This document shows, piece after piece, positions 60,403 to 64,000 of a stretch of DNA of 64,000 nt. The translations under genes were made by a program, and so were the position numbers. Origin of the DNA: Podarcis filfolensis (taxonomy: Eukaryota); assembly GCA_964270895.1 (NCBI GenBank), contig OZ185442.1. One strand, given 5' to 3'. The notes under the pieces were generated by a model that was given only the letters and a program-made list of their open reading frames with translations, did not search any database and was not told where the DNA came from. How positions within the stretch are numbered: position 1 is the stretch's first letter; the number at the start of each line of letters is the position of its first letter.

Positions 60403-61389
60403 GGAACCACTGACGTAGAGCATTATTCCTGCATCGGGGTATCACTGTAGAGTGAGTTGTGGCGATTGATTTCATCATTTTGACACACCCGAGTCTTCCT
60501 CTCTGAAGAAACTCAAGGGAAGGGACGTCAAGGCAAGCCCCAGCGGCACAGCCAGAATAGCGAGAGGGAGGCATTGTGAAGCCAACAAAAATATTGGCCA
60601 ATGGCTCCCAATCTTAACAATTTGGACGTGTCGAAGGCAACAACAGCAGCGAACAAGAACAGCCATTCATGTTCAGGACATGCCAACCAAAAAACAAGGG
60701 CAACCTTCACAAAAGGGCGGGTTCTTTGTGCCTCTCGCCACAGAGCAATTAAAAATGAATCGAAGTTCTAGCTACAGCAAAGTAACGCTCTGATTGCCAC
60801 CAACCTTGCAAGCCAAATGGTCAACGGCCACAGAGTGGGCTGCCGTGCATCCTAATGACTCTTACGTAAGTGGAGTTATGAGAGTTTGTGTCCTACTCAA
60901 AACCAAAATGTGGAAGGAAGGAGGGAGGGGAGGACGGCTTGAAAGGTTTGCTGGCCTGACCTAGAAATGAACCTGGACTCGCTGATCAGATGCTTCATGG
61001 GCTACTGATGCATTTGGGGTATGCATTTGGCGGCCAAACACCAGAATTTGTCCTGAGGGCCTTTAGGAAAGAAGCCTGTCAGGAAGATCCTGTGGCTCTT
61101 AATATTTTGGAAAAGTTGCCCTTTCACCCACGTCCTTCACTCAGCCCTGCATCTGCCAAACCATTTGAGAGACAGAGGAAAACAGAAGCACTCCCTCCTT
61201 CTCTTCACCCATCTGCTTTTCTTCCCTCCCTCCCTCCCAATAGCCAAAATGTGGTTTATAAGCTCCCAAGAGCAATCGCTTCTCTTTTGGGCATGACTTG
61301 GAAAAGAGCTGCAGACATGGATAAAAACAGACATAAATAATAAAATATAATTTGTTCTCAAGGTGATCCACTCTTGCAGTATGAGAGTG

Positions 61390-61849
61390 TCACAGTTTAG
61401 GAATTATATTGACAAGCTTGAACACACGCAGAGGAGGGCGACCAAGATTATCAAGGGTCTGGGAAACCAAGTCTTATGAGGAACAGTTGAGGGAGCTGAG
61501 TATATTTAGCCTGGAGAAGAGAATACTGAGAGGTGACACAATAGCCATCTTCTAATATGTGAAGGGATGCCACATGGAAGATGGAGCAAGCTTGTTTTCT
61601 GCTGCTCCAGAGGGAGAGGACATGAACTGATGGATTCAAATTACAAGAAAGGAGATTCCAACTAAACATTGGGAAGAACTTTCTGACAGTAAAGAGCTGT
61701 TCGACAGTAGAATGGACTCTCCTTCATTGGAGGTTTTTAAACATGTGGCTGGGTGGCCATCTGTCAGGGATTCTTTAGCTCTGATTCCTGCATTGCAGGG
61801 GATTGGACTGGATGGGATCCCTTCCAACTCTACTATTCTGATTCTATGA
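61390..61849 (+). mobile_element. CR1 LINE 3' end with canonical (ATTCTRTG)-type tail
   Basis: DKLExxQRRATKIIKGL..YEExLREL..FSLEKR.LRGD..MEDGASLFS..KLQERRF motifs; ends attctgattctatga. Confidence 0.92.
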
Positions 61850-62494
61850 GTGGGTTTGTGGACACACTGCTCCCCCTTTGCCATCATCTGGCTTCCCACA
61901 AGCCCACGGCAAGAGTGAGGCCTGCCGGCACAGCTGCCCTTGCATCCTCTGACCCACAATTGGAGAGATTTAAGAAGTGTTCTCTCTGCTTGACACACAC
62001 AGAGGCACATCCTAATGGTGCCAAAGTCTGTAGGCTCTCGGTCTGAACAGAATCCTTTCGTTTCTCATTCAGGAATGCATCCTCAAAATCTAGGGTAGCC
62101 AAAAGCAGGCCTGGCTCTGTGACACACAGGAAACCCAAGGCTTGAAACCTGTGGCTGCTGCCTCCCCTCACATGGGCTGCTGCATGCAGTTCACTTGGAC
62201 TAAAAGGCATTCATGAACAACAGTTGGCCTCTCATGAGCTGCTCCTTTCCATAAAGCAAATGAGCTGGCGGCAGCCGAGTGCGGGGGGGGGGCACTCTGA
62301 TGAAAGAGGGCGACTGGCCAGCCTAGTTTTGCCCCAGCTGAGCAGAGCATTGTCCCAGGCAAGCCTGCAGCCCACCACAGAAGTACAGCTCACAGCTGCT
62401 TGGCCTCCATTGTATCTCCGTTTATCAAAGAGCCAGAGGCTCTGCTCTCCCCTCCCCTGACTTTGGTGAGGAAAAGCTGAGCAAACATGGAGAA

Positions 62495-62940
62495 AGTGGA
62501 GAGAGAAAAGTTTCTCTCCTGCTCTTCTAGACACTAGAACTCATGGACGTCCAATTTAGCTGAACGTTGAAGGATTCAGGACAGACAAAAGAAAGTGCTT
62601 CTTCATGCACAACATAATTAAACTATGGAACTCGTTCCCACAGGAGGAAGTGGTGGCCACCAACTTGAATGGCTTTAAAAGAGAATTAGACAAATTCTTG
62701 GAGGAGAGGGCTATCAATGGCTAGTAGCCATGATGGCTCTGCTCTGCTCTGCCTCTGCAGTTGCGAGGCAGCAATGCTTCTGAATACCAGTTGCTGGACT
62801 TTGAAGGGGAGCTTGATCCTGAGCTTGGATCCTTCTTGCAGGTTTCCCACAGGCATCTGGATGACCACTGTGAGATCAGGATGCTGGATTAGATGGGCCA
62901 TTGGCTTGATCCAGTGGGCTATTTTTATGTTCACATGTTA
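62495..62940 (+). mobile_element. CR1 LINE 3' end (second subfamily)
   Basis: FRTDKRK.FF..IIKLWNS.PQE.V.ATNLNGFKRELDKF motifs; 3' UTR ends tttatgttc. Confidence 0.9.
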
Positions 62941-62949
62941 AGTTCAAAG

Positions 62950-63180
62950 GAATAATAATAATATAATGATTTATTATTTATATGCCACCCATCTGACTGG
63001 GTTGCCCCAGTCACTTTGGGCAGTTTCCAACAAATTAAAACATCCAACACAGTAAAACAGCAAACATTAAAAGCTTCCCTATACAGGGCTGCCTTCAGAT
63101 ATCTTCTAAAAGTCAGGTAGTTGTTTATTTCCTTGACATTTGACGGGACGGCGTTCCACAGGGCAGGTGCCACTACCGAC
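62950..63180 (-). mobile_element. L2 LINE 3' end, well preserved
   Basis: ORF 62931-63173 APALWNAVP..INNYLTFRRYLKAALYREAF plus (aat)n tail. Confidence 0.88.
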
Positions 63181-63391
63181 AGCCCATAGACAGCCTGTCT
63201 CCTGACCTCACACCAACAGAAGGGTCATGAGGGAGCTGAGAGGAAGGTACCACTGGCTGCAGGAAGAAAACTAAGTCCCCCCCCACCCCAGCACTTGAGG
63301 CAGGCTCCAGACCTGTACACAGGAACACACAGATACCAGAAAGGCATTTGGAAGCACAGAGAGGGCAACTCAAGGCAGGATGTGGCCTCAC

Positions 63392-63524
63392 CTGATGATG
63401 AAAGCTCCCCGTAACTCCAGGAGCTTCCGCTCACTGCTGAATCTCTTGAGCAAGTTGATCATGAACTTATAGAAGTAGGAGTTCATGGTGGGTGTCGAGG
63501 GAGAGCACTCCATGCCTTTGGTAC
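63392..63524 (-). CDS. VAC14: VAC14 internal exon (about exon 14), [44 protein letters not shown](R); upstream exons are off the right edge
   Basis: 133 nt; ttccag/gtgagg boundaries; near-identical to the VAC14 sequence as I recall it. Confidence 0.96.
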
Positions 63525-63667
63525 CTGGAAGAAGGAGGAGAGAGGAAGTTAACTCTGTTTAAGGAAGAAGCGCCTGTAGAAGTACAGGTGGGTTTCTAAG
63601 CTCTGCTTGTCACCCGTGATCACAGCAGGCTATCCTAGCTCTGATTTGAAGCGGCAGCTCCAGCTAC

Positions 63668-63835
63668 ATGAAGTTGCCTTATACCAAGCAGCTCCTGTTG
63701 TCCACAATGACTGGCAGCAGTTCTCCAGACTTTCAAGCAAGGATCTCCCAACCCTACATGGAGATGCCATGGGGGATTGAACCTGGGGCCTCCAGCATGC
63801 AAGGTAGATGCTCTGCCACTGAGCTACTATAGCCC
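63668..63835 (-). mobile_element. tRNA-derived SINE, internally deleted
   Basis: Minus strand: gtagctcagtggcagagcatct..catgc..ccccaggttcaatccccc.. Confidence 0.8.
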
Positions 63836-64000
63836 TTCCCCTGCAATACATAGTGAAGGCACACTACCATTTGCTTTAGCCTGTCCTTTGTTTTACCGTC
63901 ATAAAAGAGATCAGGAACTCTGGTCCTCCTCTGAGTCACAGGGAGAGGAAAGGTGTGGAGATGCCTCTGAACTGAAAAGGCATAAAAATGCATTTCCTAT

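Overview
Vertebrate genomic DNA, most likely a squamate (lacertid-like lizard, judged from its repeats: CR1, L2, L1, a BovB-type 3' end, tRNA-derived SINEs, and hAT and Tc1/mariner MITEs). Two spliced genes lie in tandem on the minus strand, in the order I recall from mammals. (1) The 3' half of VAC14 (PIKfyve/FIG4 scaffold): six coding exons from 63524 down to the stop at 30236, with polyA signals near 29522-29543. (2) The 5' part of MTSS2/MTSS1L (ABBA, I-BAR protein): CpG-island promoter around 26640-28560 and coding exons 1-3 at 27348-27416, 9104-9165 and 1073-1146; the gene continues off the left edge. All internal junctions are GT-AG and frame-consistent. The VAC14 intron at 41982-43755 is U12 (minor spliceosome) type. 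The rest is intronic DNA with transposon fragments, microsatellites and repeat-free stretches that may be enhancers. I found no convincing new protein-coding system; most ORFs in the supplied track are chance or TE-derived. The best second-look candidates are: an in-frame 48-nt cassette-exon candidate just before the last VAC14 exon; a strong-Kozak uORF in the MTSS2 leader; an abundant hairpin hAT MITE whose arms carry the ZNF143/THAP11-type motif ACTACA(A/C)TCCCA; a palindromic double octamer in MTSS2 intron 1; and a nuclear-receptor DR0/DR1 cluster upstream of MTSS2. Conservation, expression and binding could not be checked here.
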